64,000 nucleotides of DNA from Mobula hypostoma (GCF_963921235.1 NC_086097.1:22012001-22076000); one strand, 5' to 3'. Positions 24,851-38,374 are shown, numbered from the stretch's first letter. The notes: a model not told the origin generated them from the letters alone. Numbers and translations are program-made.

Positions 24851-25329
24851 TATATATGGAAATGGTCCACCAAGGACAACCGAGAGAAAAGAGTTGAGAC
24901 CTGACTGAAGTCAAGTGATTAAAAGCAGAGCCTTTTCCCAGCTTGGAAGCTTTTAGGAGAGTTGAGTAAGCTCCGAGATTTCTAGGCATCCATAGATCCT
25001 TCAAAGTTGCCATGCACATTAATAAGGTGGTTAGGTTACTATCTCTGATATCTTTCCCTCCCCCTTGATACTTTCCTCCAATTGACTTCAATTTTTAATA
25101 ACTGGACAATTGTGAAAAAATTTTTTCTTCACCTACTGACCTACCCTTGTTTCAAAAAGTCAGATATGTACAGTAGTTGAGGGCTTTCAGAATTTCTAAA
25201 TTTATTTCCTCATGGGATGTGGGCATCGCTGGTGATGCCAGCATTTATTACTCTTCCGTAGTTGCCCCTGATTTGAGAGTCAACCACATTGAGATGTTGG
25301 GAGGGGATTTCTTGCAGTTAATGCAGTCG

Positions 25330-25640
25330 AGGGTACACCACAGTACAATCGCGGTTGGCATGACACTATTACATCTTGGGGCATTCCAGAGTTCAGAATT
25401 CAATTCCAGTGTCCTCTGTAAAGAGATTGTACACTCTGCCCGTGAACGCATGGGTTTCATCCGGGTGCTCCAGTTTTCTCCAACGGTCCAAAGGCATAGG
25501 TCAACAAACAACAGTTTGTAGGTTAATTGCTCATTGGAAATTGTCCTCCGATTCGGCTAGTGTTCAGTAGGTGGGTTGCTGGGCAGTGAAACGTGTTGGG
25601 CCAGAAGGGCCCACTCTGCAGTGTATATTTATATAGAGAG
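25330..25640 (+). mobile_element. V-SINE-like SINE
   Basis: Degenerate tRNA-like head plus V-domain-like gggtttcatccgggtgctccagttttctcc...ccaaag. Confidence 0.6.
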
Positions 25641-27919
25641 AGATAAGTAAAATCTCAAGGCTGTGACACTGGGCATTGTTCTTCTCTGAGAGTTTACAAT
25701 AGGTAACTCACACTCGATGTTGTAGAGAGCAACAGGATGGGATTCTCTGTGCCGGTTGAAAGCATTGTTGCGTGTAGGGTTAGAGGAAGGTAGAACTTGG
25801 AGGTCAGCCTTGTGCTGTTTCTTTCAAAGGCTCGAAAGGCTCAAATAGATCTAGGTGGCAAGTGAAACAAGGTTATTGTCAAAAACATTCACAGCAATGA
25901 CATGAATATCTGAAATGCTGAGACCTTGGGTAAAGATAAATTGGCTTCCCATTCTCAAAATTCTTGCACATAGTTTAACCATTGCAGAACCAATCCTGAG
26001 TTAGCTTTTGTTATCCAAATTTAAAGTAAAAGGTAATTGCAAATTGGTTTATTATTGTCACTGATACCAAGGTACAGTGAAAAGCCTTTGTCTGTGTACA
26101 ATTCCAACCCCCAGCAGTCACTTATCGAGGAGATGCTACAGGTCCATCATCACCAGGAGTACACATCATCTCTGAGGTTCTTTCCTGTAGCTATCCAGCT
26201 TCTCAACAAAACTCCACCCTAGTGGTCCTTACACAACATCCATTGAATGGTCCTTCCTGCTCTCCTTGTTCAGCTGATATTATTCCGTTCAAACAGTCAC
26301 ATTTGTTCAAGCTTCATTATTGATGTTTGCGCTAATTGTTGATTAGTTGCTCATGGCTATTTGCTATTTACAATTGTCTTGTAAATTGCTGGCTGCTGTT
26401 GTGTTGTCTGTTATGGTATTGTCCTGTGTTTTATGCTTGGCACTGAACCACAATCAATTCTGGTATGTTTCTGACTCTGATTCTGAATTCAGATAGATCG
26501 TTCCACAGATAAGTATATTGAGGTAGTACGAGAAGGGGAAATAACCACAATGGCAAAAATAGTGTTACAGACAAGGTGCAGTGCAGGACATACAAGTGCC
26601 TTGACAAGGCAGGTGGAGATATCCAGACTTCATCTTTATCAGATAAGAGGCCCATTCAAAAGTCTTCTAACAGCAGGATAGAAGCTGTCCTTGACCCTGT
26701 TGGGTTCTGTTCTCAGGGAAGAAGAAAGAATGAGCAGGGTAGGAGGGGTAAAAAAGTTAAGTATGAGAAACAGAAAATAGAACAGTTCAGCACAAGAACA
26801 GGCAATTCAGCCACAATGATGTGCCGAATCAGCTAAAAAGTAAACTTTAAAAAACCCAAACTATCCCTCCGAACTACGTAATGCTCATATTCCTCCACTT
26901 CCTCATATTCATGTGCCTATCCAAATGTCTCTTAAAGACCTCGAATGTATTTGCCTCTACCACATGCCAGGCAGTGCATTCCAGGCATCTGCCAGTCTCT
27001 GAGTAAAAAACCTTATCTCTTACATCCTTTGAATTTATCCCCTTTCACCTTCAATGTATGCCCTCTGGTGTTAGACACCTCCAGCCTGTCTATCTATGCC
27101 TCTCATAATCTCAAAAACGTCTATTGGATCTCCCCTCCAGAGAAAATAACCCAAGTTTGTTCAGCCTCTCATGCCGTTTAAATGAGGCAGCCTCCTGGTA
27201 AACCTCTCAACAGGTGATCAGTCAGCATCTGAGGAGAGAGAAACAGAGTTATTGCTTCAGGTCTGCCCGACCTGCTGAATGATTCCAGTTTTTTTTTATT
27301 TGCAGTTAATGCAATTTGTTACTATCCATGCTTACCCAGTCTAGCCATGACCAATGCCGCCAGATTGCTGATTTGAGTCTCAAGACTCTACCACTCTACT
27401 ACCACACTGTGCTCCTAGACTAGGTCTCTAGGCGCAGAGTGGAGGGTAGGTTTCAGCCAAGATTCTTTAAACCTCATCAACAATTGACACCCAGCCACAT
27501 CAGATCATGGTCCTACTAACCTACTGAGTGAGATAGGTTAACCCTGGGGACATAGTTTCATTAAACCAATTCACCAGTCACTGAACTTTGTGTGTTAACA
27601 TCACCACTAAGATCTCTGGCAAGTAAATGCTGTTTGTTTCACTTACGGGAAGATTCTGATCAATGAAGTATCTATTTCTCAAATGTAAATAACGTAATAT
27701 AAGAATTACAGCTGCTTTATTGATCTTAATTCTCTGAGCAATTGTTCCTTAAGGTGTCTGTGTTGGCATTGGAAGCACAGATTTTTTTTATTTTGTGCAT
27801 TCATGGAACACAAGTGACATCTCGCTGACCATGACAAGGTGACAGTAAGATATTGTGAACATACACAGGTTTATGCTGCCTGGTTTAGAGGGCATTAACT
27901 ACCATAAGAGACTGGATGA

Positions 27920-28610
27920 ATCATAAGACTATAAGACATAGTCATTTGGCCCATCAATCTGCTCCACCATTTAATCATGGCAGATCCTTTTTTCCCCTCT
28001 TCAGCCCCATTCCCTTTAGCCTTTGATGCTGTGTCCATTCAAGAAACTGTCAAGCTCTGCCTTAAATGCACCCAACGACCTTGGCTTCCACAGCTGCCTG
28101 TGGTAACAAATTCCACAAATTCACATCCATCTTGCTAAAGAAATTTCTCCACATCTCTGTTTTAAATGGACGCCCCTCTTTCCTGAGGCTGTGCCCTCTT
28201 GTCTAGACTCCCTCACCATGGAAAACATCTTTTCAACATCTACTCTGTCTAGGCCTTTCAGCATTTGAAAAGTTTCAATGAGGTTCCCCCTTATCCTTCT
28301 AAATTCCAGTGAGTAGAGACCCAAAGCCATCAAATGTTCCTCGTATGATAACCCTTTCATTCCCAGAAGCTTCCTTATGAACCTCCTCTGTACCCTCTCC
28401 AATGCCAGCACATCTTTTCTTACATGAGGAGCCCCGGACTGTTCACAATACTCAAGGTGAGGCCTCACCAGGGCCTTATAAAGTCTCAACATCACATTCC
28501 TGCTCTTGTATTCGAGAACTCTTGAAATGAATGTTGACACTGAATTCACTTTCCTCACCACTGACTCTATCTACAAGTTAACCTTTAGGCTGTTCTGCAC
28601 AAAAACTCCC
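27920..28610 (-). mobile_element. CR1 3' fragment
   Basis: ORF 28121..28561 LYKALVRPHLEYC...; cataagactataagac tail. Confidence 0.85.
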
Positions 28611-28614
28611 GACG

Positions 28615-29027
28615 GTTGTTTTCTGTGGAGCGCCAGAGGCTGAGATGAGATCTGATGGAGGTTTTCAAGATTATGAGAGGCATAGATAGAGTGGACAGAA
28701 AGCATCTGTTTCCCTGGGTTGAAATGTCTAATTCCAGAGGGCGGCCATTGAAGGTGAGAGTGGTAGGTTCAAAGGGGATGCGAGGGGCAAGATTTTAGTC
28801 AGAGTCATGGTTGCCTGGAATGCACTGCCTGGTAGGGTGATAGAGGCAAGTACATTAGAGGCTTTTAAGAGACGTTTGGATAGGCACATGGATGCAAGGA
28901 GGATGGAGGGATATGGAGATGGTGTAGGTAGGAGGGATTAGTATTTGGGTGTTTTTTGATTTGCTTTTAGGCTTGTTTGGCACAACATTGGCCTGTTCCT
29001 GTGCTATACCCTTCTATGTTCTATGTT
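28615..29027 (+). mobile_element. CR1 3' fragment abutting the previous copy in opposite orientation
   Basis: CR1 ORF2 C-terminal sequence; ttctatgttctatgttc tail. Confidence 0.8.
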
Positions 29028-29564
29028 CAATCTATCATGGTCTAGCGAGAACTAAATGGTTTTCTGAGCCAGTACTGGTGGCAAATTGAATAAAATTCAA
29101 CTTAATTGTCATAGGGACCAGGTAGGAATGGCATGAAAATTAGTTTGTTGCAGCAACAGCACTGTATGTTATTAGCATAGCAAACATATATTAACATAAA
29201 CTTAACTGAACCCAACTTCATGACAAAATTTACAGAAGAACATTAGTCCGCAATCTGAGAGAGAGAGAGAATCAGAAGTACAGTATAGTCAGAGGTGGAA
29301 TTAGGATATTTTAGGTTGGCTCAAGGGCCTAATGGTATTGGGGGAGAAGCTCTTTTTGAACATTGAGGTGTTGGACTTCAAGCTACTTTACCTCCTGCTT
29401 TTTGGCAGCAGTGGGAAGAGGGCATGGCCCGGATGGAGGTGGGAGGGAGGGTGATCCCTGATGATGGATGTTGCCCTCCTGAGATATTGCCTCTTGTAAA
29501 GTCCTTAATTGTGGGGAGAACTGTAAAAAATGATGGAAATGGCTGCTTCTTTCTAAACACAAGA

Positions 29565-29990
29565 TCCTTTTCTCAAGGGTAGCCTCCAACCTGATGGCAT
29601 GGACAGTGATTTCTCAAATTTCCAGTTATGCCTCCCCCCAACCCTTCACCATTTCCCATCCCCTTGTCCCTCTCTCATGTTATCTCCTTGCCCGCCCATT
29701 GCCTCCCTCTGGTGCACCTCACCACCCCACCCTCCTTTTTCTCTTTCTTCCATGGCCTTCTGTTTCTTGCACAGATCAACTTCCCAGCTCTTTACTTCAT
29801 CCCTTCCCCTCCATGTTTCACCTATCGCCTGGCATTTCTGTCTCCCCTCCACCCCCCCCCACCTATCAAACCTACTCCTCAGCCTTTTTCTCCAGTCCTG
29901 CTGAAGGATTTCAGCTCAAATCATCGACTGTACTTTTTTTCCATAGTTGCTCCCTGGCCTGCTGAGTTCCTTCAGCATTTTGTGTGTGTT
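29565..29990 (+). mobile_element. Penelope-like terminal repeat fragment
   Basis: gggtagcctccaacctgatggcatg... to cagcattttgtgtgtgtt; degenerate hammerhead at about 29894-29929. Confidence 0.75.
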
Positions 29991-30149
29991 GAGAAGATCC
30001 TACCTGCTCCCATCCACCGCAACCCTTCCTTGTCTGGCAGAACTGGTCCTTCCCCTTCGCTCTTCCCACTTTCTTCAGACTCAAAGCGCCACAGCTATGC
30101 CTGCCTTTTCATTGGCTGCATAGAATAATCCATGTTCAAAGCCTTCTCT

Positions 30150-31460
30150 GTTAATATTCCCCAACTCTTCCTGCTGAGCTCGTCAATTTCATCAACTTGG
30201 TCCATTTCTGACACTTCTTTCTCCTTCTTGATATCTGTCTCCATCTCTTCGGACAAACTGACTGCCAACATCTTTTATAAACCTACCAATTCCCACAACT
30301 ATCTTGACGATATCTTTTCCATCCTGTCTCCTGTAAAATTCTATTCCACTTTCTCAGTTACTTCATCTCTGCCGCATCTGTTCCCAGAATGAAGATTTCC
30401 TTTCTAGGACATTAGGGATGTCCTCCTTGAAAGAACAAAGAACAAATTTTCCCTTCTTTCAGTATTGATGCTGCTCCGTTCGGCAACTCTTCCATTTCCA
30501 AGACATCCATGCTCGTCCCATCTTGCTGATTACTTAACAGGGATAGAGTTCCTCTTGTCCTCACCTACCACTCCATGAGCCTCTGCATTCAACACACCAT
30601 TCTCCACATCCTGCGCCACCTTCAATGGGATTCTATCATGAAACACATCTTTATCTCCACCCCCCTCCCCACCTGCTCTCTGCTTTTTGCAGGGATCAGT
30701 CCCTCCATGATTCCCTTGTCCACTTGTCCCTCCTCATTAATTTCCCTCCTGGCACATATCACTGCAAGCCACAGAAGTGCTACACCTGCTCATTTGCCTC
30801 TTCCTTCACCTTCATTCTGGGCTCCAAGTGAGGCAACTCTTCACCTGCTAATCTGTTGGGGGTCATCTATTGTGTTCAATGCTTCCGATGCAGCCTCCTG
30901 TACACTGGTGAGACCCAACGTAAGTTGGGGGACTAGTTTATTGAGCAACTCCACCCCAACAGCCAAAAGCAGAATTTCCCGGTGGACAACAATTTTAATT
31001 CCTATCCATTTCCCCATTCTGACATGTCGGTCCATGGCCTCCTCTTTTTCTATGATGAGGCCTCTCTCAGGGTGGAAGAGTAACACCTCATATCCTGTCT
31101 TGGTAGCCTCCACCCTGATAGCCTGAACATCGATTTCTCCTTCAGGTAATTTTTTCCCCTTGCCCTTCCCTCTTCTATTCCCCAGTCTGGCCTCTTACCT
31201 ATTCTCACCTGCCTATCACCTCCCACTGGGTCCCCTCCTCCTTCCCTTTCTCCTATCGTCCACTCACCTCTCCTATCAGATTTCTTCCTCTCCAGCCCTT
31301 CACCTTTCGCACCCACCTGGCTTCCACTCCTCCCACTTTTTTATTTTGGTGTCTTCCCCTTCCTTTCCAGTCCAGAAGGGTCTCAGCCCAAAACAGCAAC
31401 CGTTTATTTATTGCTATTGATGCTGCCTGACCTGCTGAGCTGCCCCTGCGATGTGTGTGT
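30150..31460 (+). mobile_element. Penelope-like element: RT C-terminus, Zn-binding linker, GIY-YIG endonuclease, terminal repeat (decayed)
   Basis: Manual translation across frameshifts: IFYKPTNSHNYLD, DRVPLVLTYH, CKPQKCYTC, GVIYCVQCFRCSLLYTGETQR (GIY-YIG). Confidence 0.85.
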
Positions 31461-31675
31461 TTTACAATGGAACAGGCTGAGCCCATTGCACTCTGAAACC
31501 TCGTGCGTTTTCTGAAATATTGTGAAAAGCTTGTCTTGCATACGGATCAAATCATTACACTGTATATCTATAGCAGTTTAGTCCATAAGATACTAGAGCA
31601 GAATTAGGCCAATCAACCCATCGAGTTTGCTCCACCATTCGATCGTAGTGGATTTATTTTTCAAATCAAACATTC

Positions 31676-32005
31676 ACTGTTTTATATATAAAACAATGGG
31701 TGCTTGTGAGTGAGTTACAGGCTGGATGCTATCAAGGTGTTCAGGTGGTTTAATATAAACAATAATGTTCACCTGAGAGTGAGCTACAGGCTGGTATCTA
31801 ATTAAGGGATTCAAGTGGTTTATACATAGAATAATGGATACGTGAGAGAGTGTTATTGGCTGGCATCTAATCAATGGATTCAGGTGGTTTAATATAACGA
31901 TTAATGTATAGCCGGAGGGTATTCCTGGATGGAGCCTAATCAAGGGGTTCTGGTGGCTTAATATGGGATTAATAAATACCTGGAAGTAAGATACTGGCTT
32001 GAATC
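31676..32005 (+). repeat. Degenerate 69-bp tandem repeat, about 4.5 copies
   Basis: gagtgagttacaggctgg-like starts at 31708, 31777, 31846 and about 31915. Confidence 0.85.
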
Positions 32006-32319
32006 CGAGGCCCTCAGGCAAAAGAAAGTGTTTACCAAGGTATGACAGCAAAATAGTAATTCATTCAAGGATTCAGCAGATATCAGAGCCCAGAGGAGAG
32101 GATTAGGTAGTTTAAATCCATAATGTGAATGCTGAGATTACAGAACAGGCTTGAAATTAGATGTCCCATCCTTTTCTTGTAGCAGTAATGGATTTTTGGG
32201 AAGGTTTTACTGAACCTTCAGGCAAACCGTGGGACATCTGATTGAAAATTTGTCGTCAGTGCACTAAAGCAGAGATTATATTTGGTCAAGAACTAATTTC
32301 TTATTGATTACTAATAAAT

Positions 32320-32770
32320 TATTATGCACTGCCAACCCAGCAAACTGCATTTTCCAAAAGCTCCCTTCTGGAAATTGCTATAGGGCTATTAAAAGAAAAA
32401 GTTCACACCATCTTAAAAAATTCTTTCCCCTCCACCCACTCAGGCAGTTTATCTGATCGCCCATTCTAGTTTGCTTCCCCCACCCCACCTGTTCCCCTCC
32501 ATCTATTACCTCAGCCACTGCACTGCAACTTAAACACTTAAAACCATTCATAATGCTATTTGTATCGTAAATACAAGCTGATATCTATGTACTTATGAAC
32601 ATTTTATTCCATATCTGTACTTTCTATCTTTTTAATTTAATTCTTTATTCTTAATAATTGCTGAATATTGTTGGTTTTTGTTGCATGTCATGTCCTAACC
32701 TATACACCACAGTAAAAACCTAATGCATGCAAATATATATGATGAATAAAGTTGATCCTTAATCCTTGGT
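32320..32770 (+). mobile_element. LINE-type 3' UTR with AATAAA and (GATCCTT)n tail
   Basis: Paralogs at 6250-7250, 57630-57925 and 59165-59352. Confidence 0.7.
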
Positions 32771-33237
32771 AATCAATAAAAATATAAATTGGAAGAATTA
32801 GGTTCCGCGGGTGCTTTGAGCACTCCTCCCACACACCTGATGCTTCTTACCTTTAATTATCTCAATTGCCTGAATATCCATAAATCTATCGACCTCTGCC
32901 TTCCATAAATTCAGAGACAGAGCCCCCAGTAGTCGTCTTGCGTACAGAATTACACAGATTCACTACTCTCAGGCGAAGACATTTTTACTCAGTTATGATG
33001 GGAAGGTGAAGAATGTGCAGAGCCAAATAAAAGTATTCAACCCCACCCCTGGAAGTTCTCATGTTTTATTGTTTTACAGCATTGAATCACTGTGGATTTA
33101 ATTTGGCTTTTTAAGACACTGATCAGCAGAAAAAGACTTTTCATGTCAAAGTGAAAACGGGTCTCTACAAAGTGATCTAAATTATTTACAGATATAAAAC
33201 CAAAAAAATTGATTGCCTAAGTATTCACCCCTTCAAG

Positions 33238-34258
33238 TCAGTATTTAGTAGATGCACCTTTGGCAGCAATTACAGCCTTGAGTCTGTGTGGATAGGTCTT
33301 TATCAGCTTTGCACATCTGGACACTGCAGCTTTTCCCCATTCTTCTTCACAAAACTGCTCAAGCTCTGTCAGATTGTTTGGGGACCGTGAGTTAACAGCC
33401 CTCTTCAAGTCCAGCCACAAATTTTCAATTAGATTGAGGTTTGGACTCTGACTTGCCCACTCCAGGACATTAACTTTGTTGTTTTTAAACCATTCCTGTG
33501 TAGCTTTGTCTTTATGCTTGGTGTCATTATCTTGCTGGAACACATATCTTCTCCCAAGTTGCAATTCTCTTGCAGACTGCATCAGGTTTTCCTTCAGGAA
33601 TTCCCTGTATTTTGCTGCATTCATTTTACCCTCTACCTTGACAAGCCTTCCAGGACCTGCTGAAGTGAAGCATCCCCACAGCATGATGCAGTCACCACCA
33701 TGCTTCACAGTAGGGATGATGTGTTTTTGATAATGTGCGGTGTTTGGCTTACACCAAACGTAGCATTTAGTCTGATGGCCAAAAAGCTCAAACTTAGTTT
33801 CATCAGACCATAACACCTTCTTCCAGCTGACTTCAGAGTCTCCCACAAGCTTTCTGGCAAACTCTAGCCGAGATTTCATGTTAGTTTTTCCCAACTGTTG
33901 CTTTCCCTTTGCCACTCTCCCATAAAGCTGCGACTGGTGAAACACGTGGGCAACAATTGTTGTATGCGCAGTCTCTCCCATCTCAGCCACTGAAGCTTGT
34001 AACTCCTCCAGAGTTGTCATAGGTCTCTCAGTGGCCTCCCTCACTAGTCCCCTTCTTGTACAGTTACTCAGTTTTTGAGGATGGCCTGCTCCAGGGAGAC
34101 TTACAGCTGTGCCATATTCTTTCCGTTTCTTAATGATTGACTTAACTGTACTCCACAGGATATTCAGTGTCTTGAAAATTTTCTTGTATCGATCTCCTGA
34201 CTTGTGCTTTTCAATAACCTTTTTACAGAGTTGCTTGGATTGTTCTTTTCGTCTTCAT
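33238..34258 (-). pseudogene. Tc1 DD34E transposase with a single +1 frameshift near codon 3-4
   Basis: WSDETK, FQQDND-(34 aa)-E, LWGCF, AKGASTKY; ATG at 34258; frame open from codon 4 to the stop. Confidence 0.9.
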
Positions 34259-34461
34259 GGTGTAGTTTTTGCCAGGATGCCGACTCACCAGCAGTTGAAC
34301 CTTCCAGATACGGGTGTAGTTTTACTATAATCAATTGAAACTCCTTGACTGAACGCAGTGATATCCTTTTAACTAATTATGTGACTTCTAAAACCAATTG
34401 GCTGCACCAATGATGATTTGGCGTGTCATATTAAAAGGGGAGAATACTTATAAAGTCAATT

Positions 34462-36987
34462 GCGTGCAATAAAGGAACAGCAGTTATAATGGGTGACTTC
34501 AATCTACATATAGATTGGGTGAACCAAATTGGTAAGGGTGCTGAGGAAGAGGATTTCTTGGAATGTATGTGGGATGGTTTTTTGAACCAACATGTCGAGG
34601 AACCAACTAGAGAGCAGGCTATTCTAGACTGGGTATTGAGCAATGAGGAAGGATTAATTAGCAATCTTGTCGTGAGAGGCCCCTTGGGTAAGAGTGACCA
34701 TAATATGGTGGAATTCTTCATTAAGATGGAGAGTGACATAGATAATTAAGAAACAAAGGTTCTGAACTTAAAGAAGAGTAACTTTGAAGGTATGAGACGT
34801 GAATTAGCTAAGATAGACTGGCAAATGATACTTAAAGGGTTGACGGTGAATATGCAATGGCAAGCATTTAAAGGTTGCATGGATGAACTACAACAATTGT
34901 TCATCCCAGTTTGGCAAAAGAATAAATCAGGGAAGGTAGTGCACCCATGGTTGACAAGGGAAATTAGGAATTGTATCAATTCCAAAGAAGAAGCATAGAA
35001 ATTAGCCAGAAAAAGCGGTTCACCTGAGGACTGGGAGAAATTCAGAGTCCAGCAGAGGAGGACAAAGGGCTTAATTAGGAAAGGGAAAAAGGTTATGAGA
35101 GAAAACTGGCAGGGAACATAAAAACTGACTGCAAAAGCTTTTATAGATATGTGAAAAGAAAAAGATTGGTTAAGACAAATGTAGGTCCCCTACAGACAGA
35201 AACAGGTGAATTGATTATGGGGAACAAGGACATGGCAGACCAATTGAATAATTACTTTGTTTCTGTCTTCACTAAGGAGGACATAAATAATCTTCTGGAA
35301 ATAGTAGGGGACAGAGGGTCTAGTGAGATAGAGGAAATGAGGGAAATACATGTTAATAGGGAAGTGGTGTTAGGTAAATTGAAGGGATTAAAGGCATTTA
35401 AATCCCTAGGGCCAGATGGTCTGCATCCCAGAGTGCTTAAGGAAGTAGCCCAAGAAATAGTGGATGCATTAGTGATAATTTTTCAAAATTCTTTAGATTC
35501 TGGACTAGTTCCTGAGGATTGGAGGGTGGCTAATGTAACCCCGCTTTTTAAAAAAAGAGGGAGAGAGAAACCAGGGAATTACAGACTGGTTAGCCTAACA
35601 TCGGTGGTGGGGAAAATACTAGAGTCAGTTATCAAAGATGTGATAACAGCACATTTGGAAAGCAGTGAAATCATCAGACAAAGTCAGCATGGATTTGTGA
35701 AAGGAAAATCATGTCTGACGAATCTCATAGAATTTTTTTGAGGATGTAACTAGTAGAGTGGATAGGGGAGAACCAGTGGATGTGGTATATTTGGATTTTC
35801 AAAAGGCTTTTGACAAGGTCCCACACAGGAGATTAGTGTGCAAACTTAAAGCACACGGTATTGGGGGTAAGGTATTGGTGTGGGTGGAGAATTGGTTAGC
35901 AGACAGGAAGCAAAGAGTGGGAATAAACGGGACTTTTTCAGAATGGCAGGCAGTGACTAGTGGGGTACCACAAGGCTCAGTGCTGGGACCCCAGTTGTTT
36001 ACAATATATATTAATGACTTAGATGAGGGAATTAAATGCAGCATCTCCAAGTTTGCAGATGACACAAAGTTGGGCGGCAGTGTTAGCTGTGAGGAGGATG
36101 TTAAGAGGATGCAGGCTGACTTGGATAGGTTAGGTGAGTGGGCAAATTCATGACGGATGCAATTTAATGTGGATAAATGTGAGGTTATCCACTTTGGTGG
36201 CAAAAACAGGAAAACAGATTATCATCTGAATGGTAGCCGATTAGGAAAAGGGGAGGTGCAATGAGACCTGGGTGTCATTATACACCAGTCATTGAAAGTG
36301 GGCATGCAGGTACAGCAGGCGGTGAAAAAGGCAAATGGTATGCTGGCATTCATAGCAAGAGGATTTGAGTACAGGAGCGGGGAGGTACTACTGCAGTTGT
36401 ACAAGGCCTTGGTGAGACCACACCTGGAGTATTGTGTGCAGTTTTGGTCCCCTAATCTGAGGAAAGACATTCTTGCCATAGAGGGAGTACAAAGAAGGTT
36501 CACCAGATTGATTCCTGGGATGGCAGGACTTTCATATGATGAAAGACTGGATCGACTAGGCTTATACTCGTTGGAATTTAGAAGATTGAGGGGAGATCTT
36601 ATTGAAACGTATAAAATCCTAAAGGGATTGGACAGGCTAGATGCAGGAAGATTGTTCCCGATGTTGAGGAAGTCCAGAACGAGGGGTCACAGTTTGAGGA
36701 TAAAGGGGAAGCCTTTTAGGACTGAGATGAGGAAAAACTTCTTCACACAGAGAGTGGTGAATCTGTGGAATTCTCTGCTACAGGAAACAGTTGAGGCCAG
36801 TTCATTGGCTATGCTTAAGAGGGAGTTAGATATGGTCCTTGTGGCTAAAGGGATCAGGGGGTATGGAGGGAAGGCAGGTGCAGGGTTCTGAGTTGGATGA
36901 TCAGCCATGATCATACTGAATGGCGGTGCAGGCTCGAAGGGCCGAATGGCCTACTCCTGCACCTATTTTCTATGTTTCTATGTTTCT
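34462..36987 (+). mobile_element. CR1 LINE (APE C-terminus, RT, 3' UTR) inserted into the Tc1 TIR
   Basis: MGDFN, LDWVL, SDH, FADD; several stops; AATT at 34458-34461 and 36988-36991; same subfamily as 21547-23516. Confidence 0.95.
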
Positions 36988-37749
36988 AATTATTTTGTGT
37001 TTTATATTTGTAATTAATTTAGATCACTTTGTAGAGATATGTTTTCACTTTGACACAAAAGGGTCTTTTTCTGTTGATCAGTGTCAAAAAAAGCTAAATT
37101 AACTCCACTGTGATTCAGTGTTGTAAAACAATAAAACAGGAAATCTTTCGGAGGGGACAGTGAATACCTTTTACCGGCTCTTTACCTGGCATGTTGGCCT
37201 TCATCAGTTAGGGCACTGGAAGCGGGAGTCGGAACATCATAGTTCAATTATACAAGATGCTGGCGAGGTCGCGTCAGGAGTATTATGTACAATCTTGGTT
37301 ACCTTGTTATAGGAAAGACTTCATTAAGATGAAAAGAGTGCAAAGAATATTTACATGAACGTTGCCAGCGTAAAAAGATGCAGAAAGTTTTCAACGCTGC
37401 AAGCTGCATCAAGGGCACTAGTCTGTTCAGTGGCATACATCATTAAGGACCCACATCATTCAGGACATGCCGTCTTCTCATTGCTGCAGGAGCCTGAAGA
37501 CACACACTCAACATTTCAGGAGAAGCTTCTTTCCCTTTGCCATCAGATTTCTGATTAGACAATGAACATTACCTCAGTAATTTTTATCCCTCTGTTTTGC
37601 ACTACTTATTTAGTTTAATTTTCTTTTTTATGTCTGACTTATTGCATTGTATATTTTTAGTTAATATATATTACAATGTACTGCTGCCATAAAACAACAA
37701 ATCTCACGCCATATGCCAGTGGTATTAAACTTGATTCTGATTTTCAACA

Positions 37750-38283
37750 TAGTGTTCGGTTCTGGTTGCCTCATGTAGGAAGGATGTGGAAGCTTTAGAG
37801 AGGGTGCAGGGGAGATTTACCAGGCCACTGCTTGGATAATAGAGTGTGCCTTCTGAGGACATGTTGAGCAACCTAGGGCTTTTTCTCTTTGGAGAGAAGG
37901 TGAATAAGAGATGACAATGGAGGTGTACTAGGTGATAACAGATATAGACAAAGTGGAGTGCTAGAGACTTTTTCCCAGGGCAGAAATATCTAATACGAAG
38001 GGGCATAATATTAAAGCGACTGGAGGAAAGTAGAGAAGGAATGTCCGAGTTCCGTTTTTTTACACAGAGGCTGGTGAGTGCATGGAATGTACCGCCAGCA
38101 GTGGTGGTAGAGGCAGTTACATTAGGGACATTTAAGTGACTCTGAAAGGCCCATGGATGATAGAAAAATGGATTTATGAGGGAGTGAAGGGTTAGATTGG
38201 TCTTGGAATAGGTTAAATGGCCAGCACAACATCGAGGGCCAAAGGGCCTGTACTGTGCTGTAGTGTTCAATGTTCTATGTTCA
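37750..38283 (+). mobile_element. Decayed CR1 3' fragment
   Basis: aggaaggatgtggaagctttagagagggtgcag... to atgttctatgttc. Confidence 0.8.
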
Positions 38284-38374
38284 GGGACTTGGGAGAGGTT
38301 GAGCAGGCTAGAACTCTAGACATTGGAACCCAGGATACTGAGGGGTGACCGATAGAAAATCATGTGGGGAATAA

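Larger units (their letters stand above)
33018..37182 (-). mobile_element. Tc1 (IR/DR-type) DNA transposon, about 1.64 kb once the nested CR1 is removed
   Basis: About 215-bp TIRs with inner and outer aagtattca(a)cccc repeats (33018-33231; 34437-34461 plus 36992-37182); TA at 37183-37184; left flank reads TG. Confidence 0.9.
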
